From: a virus
Taxonomy: Duplodnaviria; Caudoviricetes
IMG/VR virus record: IMGVR_UViG_3300022602_000027
Strand: one strand, 5' to 3'
DNA: 64,000 bases
Made by a program: the position numbers and the translations under genes. The notes beneath the pieces were generated by a model, which made no database searches, was not told the origin of the DNA, and worked only from the letters and a program-made list of their open reading frames with translations. How positions within the stretch are numbered: position 1 is the stretch's first letter; each line of letters begins with the position of its first letter. Below are positions 30,084 to 38,872 of this stretch, in pieces.

Positions 30084-31072
30084 TTAAGTTCTCCTTGATA
30101 TTTTGCCTGAAATGGCTCTGCATACTGCTGAATGTTATCAGCGATCTTTTTCATATCCCAAGCATTGCAGAACTTGAGCATACGAATACCTACTTGGCTA
30201 ACGTCTTTAGGAACTGCATTAGCCTTAATCGTTTCCTTAATCTTTTCTTTAATATCGTCCGGTTGTGCTGTTAAATCACATAATTGAACATTACGTTGAT
30301 AATCTTCTAGCACACGATGTTCTAATCCGTTATGGTCAACCCATCTCTGAAGCATGAGATTGTTCCACGCAAATCCTTTGGCTTTACGATCTTCGAACGC
30401 TTCAAGTAAACCAACTTTGTTTTTTGTACCTTTAGTACGCACACCTGGATACGCTGAGAAGACATTATCACTGGTATCACCGCGCATACATTTTTCGAAC
30501 AGCATCCACTCTGGGTCTTGTGCTGGCTTCGGCTCGCCTGTCTTTTTGTCTTTAACCGGTTTACCTTTTGCATCAAAGATACCTTCATGTGTAATGTGTA
30601 AATCACCTACGCCGTTATATTGACTAACAGTAGGACTTACCAATTGTGCAAAGTCGCCATCTGTTGAAATAATAACGTGCTTTGCATCTGGATGTGCTTG
30701 TATCCAACCTGCAATCAAATCGTCAGCTTCTAAATTTTCGTGACGCATTACAGTAGCATTAGTTTTTTCTGTAATGAAATTCTTAAACTCGTCAAATGCT
30801 TCCCAGAACAATTTATCTTCGTCTTGTTCTCTTTGAGTCATAGCCGCACGAGTTTCTTGTCTATTGGCCTTATAGGGCTTGTAATAGTCTTTACGCCAGC
30901 TACGACCTTCGAGACAGAATACGATATGACTGCCACCAAAGTCTTGCCACGCTTTTTTGATACTGTTAAAAGTAATATGAAATGCCATACCGAGTTTAAT
31001 ATCGGACGACCCTTGAACTACGTGTCTAGCACGAAAAAATGTGTTAGCAGTATCAACTATAATATATGTCAT
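30080..31072 (-). CDS. 5'-3' exonuclease/flap endonuclease (T4 RNase H-like)
   Basis: IIVDTAN, FCLEGRSWRK..Y..YKANR, EADDLIA, ISTDGDFAQL, GDTSDNV acidic motifs. Confidence 0.9.
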   Translation of the reverse strand: MTYIIVDTANTFFRARHVVQGSSDIKLGMAFHITFNSIKKAWQDFGGSHIVFCLEGRSWRKDYYKPYKANRQETRAAMTQREQDEDKLFWEAFDEFKNFITEKTNATVMRHENLEADDLIAGWIQAHPDAKHVIISTDGDFAQLVSPTVSQYNGVGDLHITHEGIFDAKGKPVKDKKTGEPKPAQDPEWMLFEKCMRGDTSDNVFSAYPGVRTKGTKNKVGLLEAFEDRKAKGFAWNNLMLQRWVDHNGLEHRVLEDYQRNVQLCDLTAQPDDIKEKIKETIKANAVPKDVSQVGIRMLKFCNAWDMKKIADNIQQYAEPFQAKYQGELK

Positions 31073-31503
31073 TCTACTTCGGCTTTGCCGTTACCTAATC
31101 TGTTTACATTAACATAACCGCCAATTGTACGGCTTGGATTAGCAACACCTGCTTCTGCAAGCATGTTACCTGCTAAATCTCTAAACCAACGATCGACAAT
31201 CTCTTCATCTGGATCACCTTCAAAACCGTATCCAGCGTCCTTTAATTGTACTATAAACAAGTCGTTCCAGTCAAGTTCAAAAAAGCCATTACGAACATTA
31301 TCTTTATTAACATGCGTATCTAGAACTGCTACATATGGTTCACCACGAGCAGTTGCACGGTCTTTTGGTGTTGCTTTAGCCAATTCAGCGGCCTCTTCTG
31401 CTTCTTTAGCCGCATTCATAGCCAATTCCGCCGCGGCAAGTGCTTCTTCTTTTTGTTGCTCTAACTTATCAATGCCAAATAATCTTTTAATCAGTTTTTT
31501 CAT
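31069..31503 (-). CDS. Hypothetical protein (144 aa)
   Basis: Start moved to MKKLIKRLFG (ATG 31503); GFFELDWN and EEIVDRWF motifs. Confidence 0.7.
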   Translation of the reverse strand: MKKLIKRLFGIDKLEQQKEEALAAAELAMNAAKEAEEAAELAKATPKDRATARGEPYVAVLDTHVNKDNVRNGFFELDWNDLFIVQLKDAGYGFEGDPDEEIVDRWFRDLAGNMLAEAGVANPSRTIGGYVNVNRLGNGKAEVE

Positions 31504-31639
31504 TTTTCTTTTCCATACAGTTACAATCTCTACCTTGTCTACAATTACCGGTACAAGCACTATTGATATTCTTAGTCCATCTTAACAATAGACAAATTAT
31601 TATAATCCAACCAATTGTAAAACAAAGCGTAAAGAACAT
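31487..31639 (-). CDS. Small membrane protein with a Cys motif (not in the ORF track, 50 aa)
   Basis: MFFTLCFTIGWIIIICLLLRWTKNINSACTGNCRQGRDCNCMEKKNEKTD*; its ATG abuts the queE stop and it fills the gap exactly. Confidence 0.6.
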   Translation of the reverse strand: MFFTLCFTIGWIIIICLLLRWTKNINSACTGNCRQGRDCNCMEKKNEKTD

Positions 31640-32494
31640 TTAGGTACCCCATTCATTTTTAAATAAAGGCACTTGTAGTCTATCACTATAGCGTAAGCCT
31701 GCCTTCATAGCTAGTTCTGCTACACGACGATTGTTTAATGTATAAACACTTTCTACTCCGCCAACTGGCATCAAATATACTGCGCCAGTAAAACCAGCAA
31801 GTCGATATAAATCCATTACTTCTAATGCTTCATATGCATCGTCTTCTGTGGCTACAACAAATTTAAGATATGTATAACCAACATCTTGATATTGCAAAAG
31901 CACATCTGGTTTGATAGCATCTTCACGTTTTTCACCACTACAACTCAATTTAGCACTTACACTAAATGTTACATCTCTAGTATAATGCTCATGCCCAGTC
32001 TGCCATTGTAACAAGTAACGTTGAAAATCATCAGTTAATGCTTGAGTGCCATTAGTTTCAAATGTAATTTCTTTTAAGTTATACATGTTAGGATGATCCA
32101 ATAGATCTGGATAAGCACGTTGCCAGCCTAACAATGGCTCACCGCCTGTGATAACCAAATGCTCATCTTGCCATTGTTTGTATGGAAGGATCTCCATAAT
32201 GCGATCTGCAATAGCATCGCTTGTGAGCATTGGACTAAGTTCTTTAAAACTAGGATGCCAACTAGCATAACTATCACAACCTGTACTAACCAAAGGAAGT
32301 TCTTCATATTTGTTATATAGATGTACTACTGTAGCAATGTCTTCGGCTTCCGCACTTAGTTCGCCACGTGGCATACCAAAACCTGCACATTTAAAATTAC
32401 AACCAAATGTACGCAAGAAAACAGACGGTACACCCATGTAACGTCCTTCGCCTTGCACACTATAAAATAACTCGGCAATCTTAATTTTACTCAT
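31640..32494 (-). CDS. queE: 7-carboxy-7-deazaguanine synthase (radical SAM)
   Basis: IAELFYSVQGEGRYMGVPSVFLRTFGCNFKC...GCDS, LVITGGEPLL, TFETNGT, SAKLS, RLQ.PLF.NEWG. Confidence 0.92.
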   Translation of the reverse strand: MSKIKIAELFYSVQGEGRYMGVPSVFLRTFGCNFKCAGFGMPRGELSAEAEDIATVVHLYNKYEELPLVSTGCDSYASWHPSFKELSPMLTSDAIADRIMEILPYKQWQDEHLVITGGEPLLGWQRAYPDLLDHPNMYNLKEITFETNGTQALTDDFQRYLLQWQTGHEHYTRDVTFSVSAKLSCSGEKREDAIKPDVLLQYQDVGYTYLKFVVATEDDAYEALEVMDLYRLAGFTGAVYLMPVGGVESVYTLNNRRVAELAMKAGLRYSDRLQVPLFKNEWGT

Positions 32495-32723
32495 CTTCGT
32501 CTTTCTCTAAAAATTGACTTACTTGATCTTCTGCATTCTGCAATGAAGATGCATAAACACTAAATGTAGCAACACCTTTACTTGCCTTTACATCAAACGG
32601 AACAGTACCGTTTGGCAACCAGTTTGGTTCTACTTCTCTTTTAATTTCAAACCATTGCATTTCTGTATTTTTCATACGGTAAATTAATTCATCTGTTAAT
32701 TGTTTTGCTGTATTCATTCGCAA
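32487..32723 (-). CDS. Hypothetical protein
   Basis: About 78 aa, overlapping its neighbours. Confidence 0.55.
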   Translation of the reverse strand: MRMNTAKQLTDELIYRMKNTEMQWFEIKREVEPNWLPNGTVPFDVKASKGVATFSVYASSLQNAEDQVSQFLEKDEDE

Positions 32724-33103
32724 TCGCCTTGTTCTGCTAATTTTGATACTGCTGATTTTTCTTTGCGGTCTTTTCTAAAATTATCTACGTCTTCTATAGC
32801 ACTGAGCAATGTTTGAGCATAGTTAAATGCTTGCTGTCGACGCATAACTAGAGTAGACTCTGTATCGACGTAGCCTTTTGTTAACAACGACCAAATAGCA
32901 TGCCACCGATCCTTGTAAAACCAATTGCTTTTTACAGTTGTATAGATAGTAACACTAACTTCATGATCGTCAGCTTCTACCCATACATGATGATCGTGAT
33001 CAGAAGCACCGCACTCGCAAGTAACTCGGTAGGCTTTTGAGTCTCCCCAGTCGTTTGTTTGCATAATGCCTTCGGCTGGTACTTGTATTTTTAGATCAGT
33101 CAT
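32714..33103 (-). CDS. Hypothetical protein (C.C...H.H possible metal site)
   Basis: VTCECGASDHDHHV; 129 aa. Confidence 0.65.
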   Translation of the reverse strand: MTDLKIQVPAEGIMQTNDWGDSKAYRVTCECGASDHDHHVWVEADDHEVSVTIYTTVKSNWFYKDRWHAIWSLLTKGYVDTESTLVMRRQQAFNYAQTLLSAIEDVDNFRKDRKEKSAVSKLAEQGDCE

Positions 33104-33858
33104 TTTGAAGCATACTCCTGTTGCATTTTGATATTGTCAAAGAATTCTTTCTTTGTACCTGGATCATCTTTAAATGCACCTTTTAATACTGTAGTCTGCG
33201 TTAAACTACTCTTAGCCATAATGCCTCGATTCTCACAGCAACCATGCGTAGCTTGAATGTATACACCTAAGTCTGTAGCGCCTGTGGTTTTTTCTATTTC
33301 CCTAGCAATATCGTTACACAACTCTTCCTGGAGAGTGCCGCGACGAGCACACCACTGAGCAATACGAGTGTACTTAGACAAACCAATAAGTTTTTGTGCG
33401 GCGATGATACCAATGTAAGCGACACCAGTAACGGGCTGATGATGATGACTGCACATAGAGCGCAACTCACTACGTACCACCAACATACCTTCGTATCTGT
33501 CTTCGCCATCGTTTGGAAATGCTGTTGCGTCTGGTGCTGGGTCATATCTGCCACTCATTACTTCATTAAAATACATCTTAGCAAGGCGACGAGCTGTGCC
33601 TTTGCTATTAGGATCGTTTTCACGATCAATAAGCAAACGGTCAAGCACTAGTTCAAATGCTTCTGTTGCTTCATCAATTAGTTTATCTTTAAATTCTTCT
33701 GTAACGTATTCGCTAATATTATCGCCAGCCCAAAAGCGTTTGCCTTCTCGTTTCATTTTAAATCGAAGATGATCGCCTAGATATGCTTCTTCGTAACCGC
33801 CGTCGCCTGCCATAGCATCTAACCCTGTCTCAAATTTATATGTTTGTGATTCTGTCAT
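33100..33858 (-). CDS. folE: GTP cyclohydrolase I
   Basis: TARRLAKMY, SMCSHHHQP, IGLSKYTRIAQWCARRGTLQEEL, ATHGCCENRG. Confidence 0.96.
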   Translation of the reverse strand: MTESQTYKFETGLDAMAGDGGYEEAYLGDHLRFKMKREGKRFWAGDNISEYVTEEFKDKLIDEATEAFELVLDRLLIDRENDPNSKGTARRLAKMYFNEVMSGRYDPAPDATAFPNDGEDRYEGMLVVRSELRSMCSHHHQPVTGVAYIGIIAAQKLIGLSKYTRIAQWCARRGTLQEELCNDIAREIEKTTGATDLGVYIQATHGCCENRGIMAKSSLTQTTVLKGAFKDDPGTKKEFFDNIKMQQEYASK

Positions 33859-33875
33859 AAGTGTTCCTTTGTACT

Positions 33876-33904
33876 ATTATATAGGTTTATTTAGGCAATT
33901 GCAA
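33876..33904 (-). promoter_or_regulatory. sigma70-like promoter TTGCAA-N17-TATAAT
   Basis: -10 at 33881-33876 and -35 at 33904-33899, upstream of folE. Confidence 0.6.
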
Positions 33905-34105
33905 TATTTTTCCTGCTCGAAGTTGTCGGCAGGCTTCTTTTACTTCAATCGGATAATCAGGCGAGATTTCCGATATCGAACAATCATATCTTACAGTCAT
34001 ATGAGGATGTGTATAGTTCCAATAAATTGCAAAAATAATACCTGCAATACCTAATACTATTACACTATAAAAATCTAAATTTTGTCTGATAGAAGTATCT
34101 TGCAT
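33887..34105 (-). CDS. Small membrane protein
   Basis: One TM helix followed by YDCS...C; 72 aa. Confidence 0.5.
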   Translation of the reverse strand: MQDTSIRQNLDFYSVIVLGIAGIIFAIYWNYTHPHMTVRYDCSISEISPDYPIEVKEACRQLRAGKILQLPK

Positions 34106-34320
34106 AAGTCTGCGTCCTTTTTTGATTTAAAATAAAAATCCATTTTGTCCATAGCAGGATGGCTCGTAAAACGATCACCTGGTAAACCAAATACTTCTAT
34201 AACATTGGCACATGCTTCATTCCACCAAAACTTATTTTGGCCTTGCCACGGCAAACTAACTATATAAACAGGACCTTCTTGCCTAGCGGCAATAGTCCCT
34301 ACATTACGATGCTTTTTCAC
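34075..34320 (-). CDS. Hypothetical protein
   Basis: 81 aa with GTG start. Confidence 0.55.
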   Translation of the reverse strand: MKKHRNVGTIAARQEGPVYIVSLPWQGQNKFWWNEACANVIEVFGLPGDRFTSHPAMDKMDFYFKSKKDADLCKILLSDKI

Positions 34321-34465
34321 GTTTTTTTAATTCGTTAAGCTCATCTTTTAAGTAGTCAAGATACATAGTTAGTGCTTCACGACCTTTATCAGTTAACGAG
34401 CGTGTAATATCTTCTTGAATCATTTTAATTTTATCTTCAAGTTCTTGTATAGATAACTCTTTCAT
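34304..34465 (-). CDS. Small helical protein (53 aa, not in the ORF track)
   Basis: MKELSIQELEDKIKMIQEDITRSLTDKGREALTMYLDYLKDELNELKKREKAS*; TAATG overlap upstream. Confidence 0.65.
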   Translation of the reverse strand: MKELSIQELEDKIKMIQEDITRSLTDKGREALTMYLDYLKDELNELKKREKAS

Positions 34466-34659
34466 TATTTCTTTCCAAAACGTAAACCAGTAATGCTACC
34501 TAACAATAAGAAATAAGCAAGCCATGTTTCTAATGTATATGGAATATGTAGCACTGGAAACAGTGTATTTAAACTCCATATGCCTACAATAGGCCCAAAT
34601 ACAATAGCAATTACAATGAATGTAATACCAAAAATTAATTTAATTAATGCTGATGTCAT
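34465..34659 (-). CDS. Small membrane protein (64 aa)
   Basis: Two hydrophobic segments; ATGA overlap with the PRTase stop. Confidence 0.6.
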   Translation of the reverse strand: MTSALIKLIFGITFIVIAIVFGPIVGIWSLNTLFPVLHIPYTLETWLAYFLLLGSITGLRFGKK

Positions 34660-35150
34660 AACCAAAAATCCTCCCACGGATAAACTAACCAGCAGTCTTC
34701 CTCTGCTTTGTTTACGGTCCAAACATAATAGTCTGGATCTTTAAATTCACTTGAAAAATTGTGTGTCAATACGGCAAAGCGAACAGTGTCTCCCCAGATG
34801 CTTGACCAAGCAGGATGTCCAGGTAATGCGCTTGATTCCCAGTCTTTCTTAATCCAGTTAACAGTAGATCCTTGATCATTGATATCATCAACAACTAGTA
34901 TCTTTTTACCTTCAAAAGCATCTTCTGCCATGTTTAAATTACTAACCTTATCTCCACCGTCACGTAAACTAATATCTAAACTGTTCATTTTAATACCAGT
35001 ATATTGACTTAAGAGATTAGCAGGAACAAGCCCGCCTCTAGTAATGCCTACAATATAATCAGGTTTCCAATTGTGTGCTGACATTTGGCGAGCAATATCT
35101 AATACTGCTCCTTCAACTTGTTGCCAGGTATAATAAACTTTTTTTATCAT
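34656..35150 (-). CDS. Type I phosphoribosyltransferase (purine PRTase/Gpt-like)
   Basis: IVGITRGGLVPA, PRPP-binding loop ILVVDDINDQGST, C-terminal WLVYPWE. Confidence 0.9.
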   Translation of the reverse strand: MIKKVYYTWQQVEGAVLDIARQMSAHNWKPDYIVGITRGGLVPANLLSQYTGIKMNSLDISLRDGGDKVSNLNMAEDAFEGKKILVVDDINDQGSTVNWIKKDWESSALPGHPAWSSIWGDTVRFAVLTHNFSSEFKDPDYYVWTVNKAEEDCWLVYPWEDFWL

Positions 35151-35362
35151 AAGAATGTTGGCGTAAATTTTTTAACTTGTCCACGACTAGATGAAATGCT
35201 GTCTACCATTTTATTATAGTCAATTTCGTCTAAGGCTGTTTTGTAAATGCTCATAGCTTGTGCCATCATAATAGCGGCAACTTCCATAGATCCATAACGT
35301 TCAACCATTTCAGTGGTAAATTCTAGATAAGTATCGTACAAATCTTGTAATTCATCACTCAT
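35147..35362 (-). CDS. Hypothetical protein (71 aa)
   Basis: ATG 35362 in ATGA overlap. Confidence 0.6.
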   Translation of the reverse strand: MSDELQDLYDTYLEFTTEMVERYGSMEVAAIMMAQAMSIYKTALDEIDYNKMVDSISSSRGQVKKFTPTFL

Positions 35363-35589
35363 GCTGTTAATCCGTATGCAAGTGTTTGACATTCTTCTTT
35401 AGTCATAAAGAAATTGTATGTTTGACTTTCAACAACTTCTCCGTCTTTCAAAGACTCTTGAACCATGTCAATACTAAACAAACCTTTAGGACTTAGTACT
35501 TCGTGTTTGTTAAGAGTTAATCGAAATCCTTCGTGCTCTTTGATAACCATTGTTTTAAATGTTCCTCTAACTGATTCATGTAGTTCCAT
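35359..35589 (-). CDS. Hypothetical protein
   Basis: SD GGAG 6 nt before ATG 35589. Confidence 0.6.
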   Translation of the reverse strand: MELHESVRGTFKTMVIKEHEGFRLTLNKHEVLSPKGLFSIDMVQESLKDGEVVESQTYNFFMTKEECQTLAYGLTA

Positions 35590-35938
35590 CTTCATCTCCT
35601 TTTATTGCTTCAAATGTTCTGTATTTGCCTAAAGCGTTAATGTACGCATCGTACAATTCTTTCAGCTTTGGATGTTTAGCTTCTAGTTTAACATCTCGTT
35701 CGGGAATTTGCAATACCTTTTCGATTGTACTTAACCGTTCTTCCAAATCACGTCCATTAATAACCATATTACCTTTAACTTCTAGAGTAGGATTATCACC
35801 TTGATTGACAACCATTACTGCATCATAAGGACTAGCTACTGATGTTGCTGTAGTCCACGAAGTACCGTTTGATCCTGCTGTTAGATATGATCCTGCTGGT
35901 ATAGTTGGTAATGTTACGTTAGTTGGAAAGTAAGCCAT
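35576..35938 (-). CDS. Hypothetical protein (120 aa)
   Basis: Start moved to MAYFPTNV; contains INGRDLEERL..IEK.L. Confidence 0.55.
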   Translation of the reverse strand: MAYFPTNVTLPTIPAGSYLTAGSNGTSWTTATSVASPYDAVMVVNQGDNPTLEVKGNMVINGRDLEERLSTIEKVLQIPERDVKLEAKHPKLKELYDAYINALGKYRTFEAIKGDEDGTT

Positions 35939-36407
35939 TCTTTCTATCTGATAAGTATTTTTCAAAGTGGATCCATTTATTTTTAACAATAAATCCCCAC
36001 TCACGTTGACGTTTTCCAACAAAGAACAATGTCCATGGAGTAACGCCTTCTGCCAATTCAATACGATGGAAAGTATGTGTGTTTCCAAAACGGAAACTAC
36101 CTGGACCACGCCAGTATCTTACTTCGCATGTTTTGATTCCTTCTTCGTTAAACTGAGCAACCCACTCGTAGTAGCCGCCAGCAAGAATAATAGTAAAGTA
36201 GTTCCATGGGTGATCATGCACATCATCTGGATCCGATTTTAAGAACTTGTGTAAGAATACATTGTATGGAAATGTTACACGTTCCTTAAACAAGACATAG
36301 TAACGTTCTAAATATGGTTCGTTTTCAGTACGATCCATAATAACACGTTTACGGTCATGGCGTTCAAGCCAATTAAGGACGTGGTCTTTGATCTTCTGGA
36401 GTATCAT
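35919..36407 (-). CDS. Cupin-fold protein
   Basis: VHDHPWNYFTIILAGGYYE...FHRI (H-x-H...E...H metal set), TLFF.GKRQREWGF. Confidence 0.7.
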   Translation of the reverse strand: MILQKIKDHVLNWLERHDRKRVIMDRTENEPYLERYYVLFKERVTFPYNVFLHKFLKSDPDDVHDHPWNYFTIILAGGYYEWVAQFNEEGIKTCEVRYWRGPGSFRFGNTHTFHRIELAEGVTPWTLFFVGKRQREWGFIVKNKWIHFEKYLSDRKNGLLSN

Positions 36408-36774
36408 AGTGGTCTTTCACTAGTTTGTAAGTTGTTTTAAATTTTTCAAAGGCTATCTTTAAACCTGGATATTCTTCACACATTTTTTGTATTCGATTAA
36501 AATCTGGCATACAGTTCACAAACTCTTCCTGCATCTGCCATTCGTAACCGGTACCAGCGCCTCCGATAGTAAATCCTGAACTAGAACTACTAGTTCCGCC
36601 ACTACTAATAGTAATAGTATTAGCACTAATCCCGCCAATGCCAGCACCGGTATAGTAAAAACTTGTTCCTGTAGTGTTACCGATAGTAATATTTCCTGAA
36701 ACTGCTCCGGTGTTTAGTGTAACAGTATCATTGGATGTTATCAAGTAATCCTCTAGCTGAGAAGAAGTTGTCAT
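36373..36774 (-). CDS. Hypothetical protein with a T/S/G low-complexity N-terminus
   Basis: 133-aa ORF. Confidence 0.6.
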   Translation of the reverse strand: MTTSSQLEDYLITSNDTVTLNTGAVSGNITIGNTTGTSFYYTGAGIGGISANTITISSGGTSSSSSGFTIGGAGTGYEWQMQEEFVNCMPDFNRIQKMCEEYPGLKIAFEKFKTTYKLVKDHYDTPEDQRPRP

Positions 36775-37819
36775 GTAAGTCCTTTGCTTGTTTGCGTATG
36801 GAAGGTATTCTTGTAGAATAATTATCCATGTGTTCTATTATTTTACGGCATAAGTCTGGTCTGTAAACTGTGTATGTGTTAAAATCTTCAGTCCATTTAC
36901 TGTCGTATTTGAACATGTCGTAATACATTTCTGTGTAACTTAATCTATCTGGAACCATAGGAATAGCGTCAACTACCGCACCTTCATAGCAACTAATGCC
37001 TAAAGTTTCTTGTAAGTTAGCACTAAACACCATCTTGGCTTCGCCTAACAAGTTATGATATTCATTTTTTGTTAGTTGTTGATCCTGACACACTACAAAT
37101 TCATACTGCGGTAAGTGTGTAGCTAAGTCTCTAAAAATCTCAACTTGCTTCTCAGGTGCAATGCGATGAGGAAAAAGAATTAAATCACGCTTGGGCATAT
37201 TCTTATACATGGTTAATGTATCATTCATATACTCCATTGGCCAGCCAGTTCGAACATATTTTCCATCTTCTAGCATATCTGCTTTGTCCTCTTCTTCCCA
37301 AGGATTTTCAACCATGCCATCATTTAATAAATTATGATGGAACATATCAATATGGAAAGTAGTGGCAAAGTAATTATGATCAAATGCCGCAAAGAATGAT
37401 TTTTCTGCATGACGTACCCAAGGCTTGTTGCCAACAAGGCGCCCTAAGAAGTCTTGAGGATCATAACTACCGGCATGCCATAGTCCATGTGTGACTACTG
37501 GAATGTTTAGTAGTTCACTCATATATTTTAAGTTTATTATGCCAGGATGCCAAGCATCAGTGAAGATGAAATGATCGCCAGGCTGAACTGATCCGGAGCA
37601 AAATAGACGCCCCATTTGTTCCACTTGTCGAGACTTATAGATATTGGTGCCGCCAAAATTAAGAAAAGCACCAGGAGTAGTGGCTGAAGGAATATCCTCA
37701 GGGCCAGATATAATTTGAACATTGTGTCCTGCCTTTCGTAAGAGATTAGGTACATGGCGTTTCCATTCGCCAGTGTACCTTGTCTCAACTGCTTCTAAAT
37801 CAATTAGAAATACGGTCAT
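36728..37819 (-). CDS. GT-B fold glycosyltransferase (GT4-like)
   Basis: FPHRIAPEKQ, then E-x7-E (QETLGISCYE), VPDRLSY.EM; N-terminal FTDAWHPG and HAGSYD. Confidence 0.7.
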   Translation of the reverse strand: MTVFLIDLEAVETRYTGEWKRHVPNLLRKAGHNVQIISGPEDIPSATTPGAFLNFGGTNIYKSRQVEQMGRLFCSGSVQPGDHFIFTDAWHPGIINLKYMSELLNIPVVTHGLWHAGSYDPQDFLGRLVGNKPWVRHAEKSFFAAFDHNYFATTFHIDMFHHNLLNDGMVENPWEEEDKADMLEDGKYVRTGWPMEYMNDTLTMYKNMPKRDLILFPHRIAPEKQVEIFRDLATHLPQYEFVVCQDQQLTKNEYHNLLGEAKMVFSANLQETLGISCYEGAVVDAIPMVPDRLSYTEMYYDMFKYDSKWTEDFNTYTVYRPDLCRKIIEHMDNYSTRIPSIRKQAKDLHDNFFSARGLLDNIQ

Positions 37820-38057
37820 TGTTGTATCTCGGATTCTTACCTAGATAAGGCTTACGTTCACCAGTGAACGGTTTCTTAGGACGACGGCTCTTTTCAAAGT
37901 TGCGCCAGACCCAGCTTTCTCTGTTATAGAGATGACTCTCATCGAATGGATGTAATTCCAAACGACACCAGTTATGAAAAGCCTCAAGATCGTCAAAGAT
38001 TTTAACGATATCAGGACGGGTTGAAAAATAACTGATTTCTTTGTAGTTCTTAGCCAT
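37800..38057 (-). CDS. Hypothetical protein
   Basis: 85 aa with a basic C-terminus. Confidence 0.6.
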   Translation of the reverse strand: MAKNYKEISYFSTRPDIVKIFDDLEAFHNWCRLELHPFDESHLYNRESWVWRNFEKSRRPKKPFTGERKPYLGKNPRYNNDRISN

Positions 38058-38069
38058 TATAGCCTCTTG

Positions 38070-38459
38070 TTAGTATTTGATAAATGAACCATTTTCTCCA
38101 TCTTCGGAGACCTCAATCCAAACCTCACGGTCAGGATACTTTTGTGAAATCATGTCATATAAATCATCTGACATCATTTCGCAACTTTTATAATCTAGTT
38201 TTAGTATACTATCTTTGTATAGATTTTCCACCCAGCGTTTGAACTGGATGAATTCGACATCACGGTCGTTGTGGGTAACTGAAAGCCAAACGCGAAAATG
38301 GAATATATGACGATGAGGAGTAGCCAAAAACGATACATCATATTCATCTCCTGTTGCTAAGTTTGGATCTGTTGCGGCCGCTGGATAAGCGTGAATGCCT
38401 TCTTTCTGGAAAGTAACCCAGATCATTTTGTTTGGTCGAATGTCTTGTTTAATAATCAT
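38070..38459 (-). CDS. queD: QueD-like T-fold protein (6-carboxytetrahydropterin synthase candidate)
   Basis: GIH.Y...PHRHIFHFRV (His triad), EF..FKR, SCEMMS.DL (T-fold S.E motif), EVSEDGENG. Divergent from canonical QueD. Confidence 0.6.
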   Translation of the reverse strand: MIIKQDIRPNKMIWVTFQKEGIHAYPAAATDPNLATGDEYDVSFLATPHRHIFHFRVWLSVTHNDRDVEFIQFKRWVENLYKDSILKLDYKSCEMMSDDLYDMISQKYPDREVWIEVSEDGENGSFIKY

Positions 38460-38872
38460 ATTGTTTCCCACATATTTGGATCTAAATCTACTGCGTTGTC
38501 ATATCTTGTTAGATGGTCATTGTTTTGAATTGTAACATGTGCATGACAATTACGACATAATACATCTAAATTTTCTTCATCGCTATTATGACGATTACCG
38601 TCAATATGATGAACATCTAGTTGTTCTGGACCAATAATATGTGCTGTACACACAAATCCATATTTTGTAGTTGTATTAGAACAGCCATTGTTCATTTTCC
38701 AGTTATCAACTTCAATCTTTTGACCTCCTCTATGACATTCACAAAACATTTTCCATTTTGCGCCAACTGTAGTGTTGACTTTTTTATATGTTTTATGAAA
38801 TCCTACCCTGTTATTACAACCAGGTAATGCACATTTCGGAGCATGATTGTTTATTACTGCACGTTTCCTCAT
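38456..38872 (-). CDS. HNH endonuclease (free-standing, homing-type)
   Basis: LDVHHIDGNRHNSDEENLDVLCRNCH, plus N-terminal CxxxxC and CECH Zn ligands. Confidence 0.88.
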   Translation of the reverse strand: MRKRAVINNHAPKCALPGCNNRVGFHKTYKKVNTTVGAKWKMFCECHRGGQKIEVDNWKMNNGCSNTTTKYGFVCTAHIIGPEQLDVHHIDGNRHNSDEENLDVLCRNCHAHVTIQNNDHLTRYDNAVDLDPNMWETI

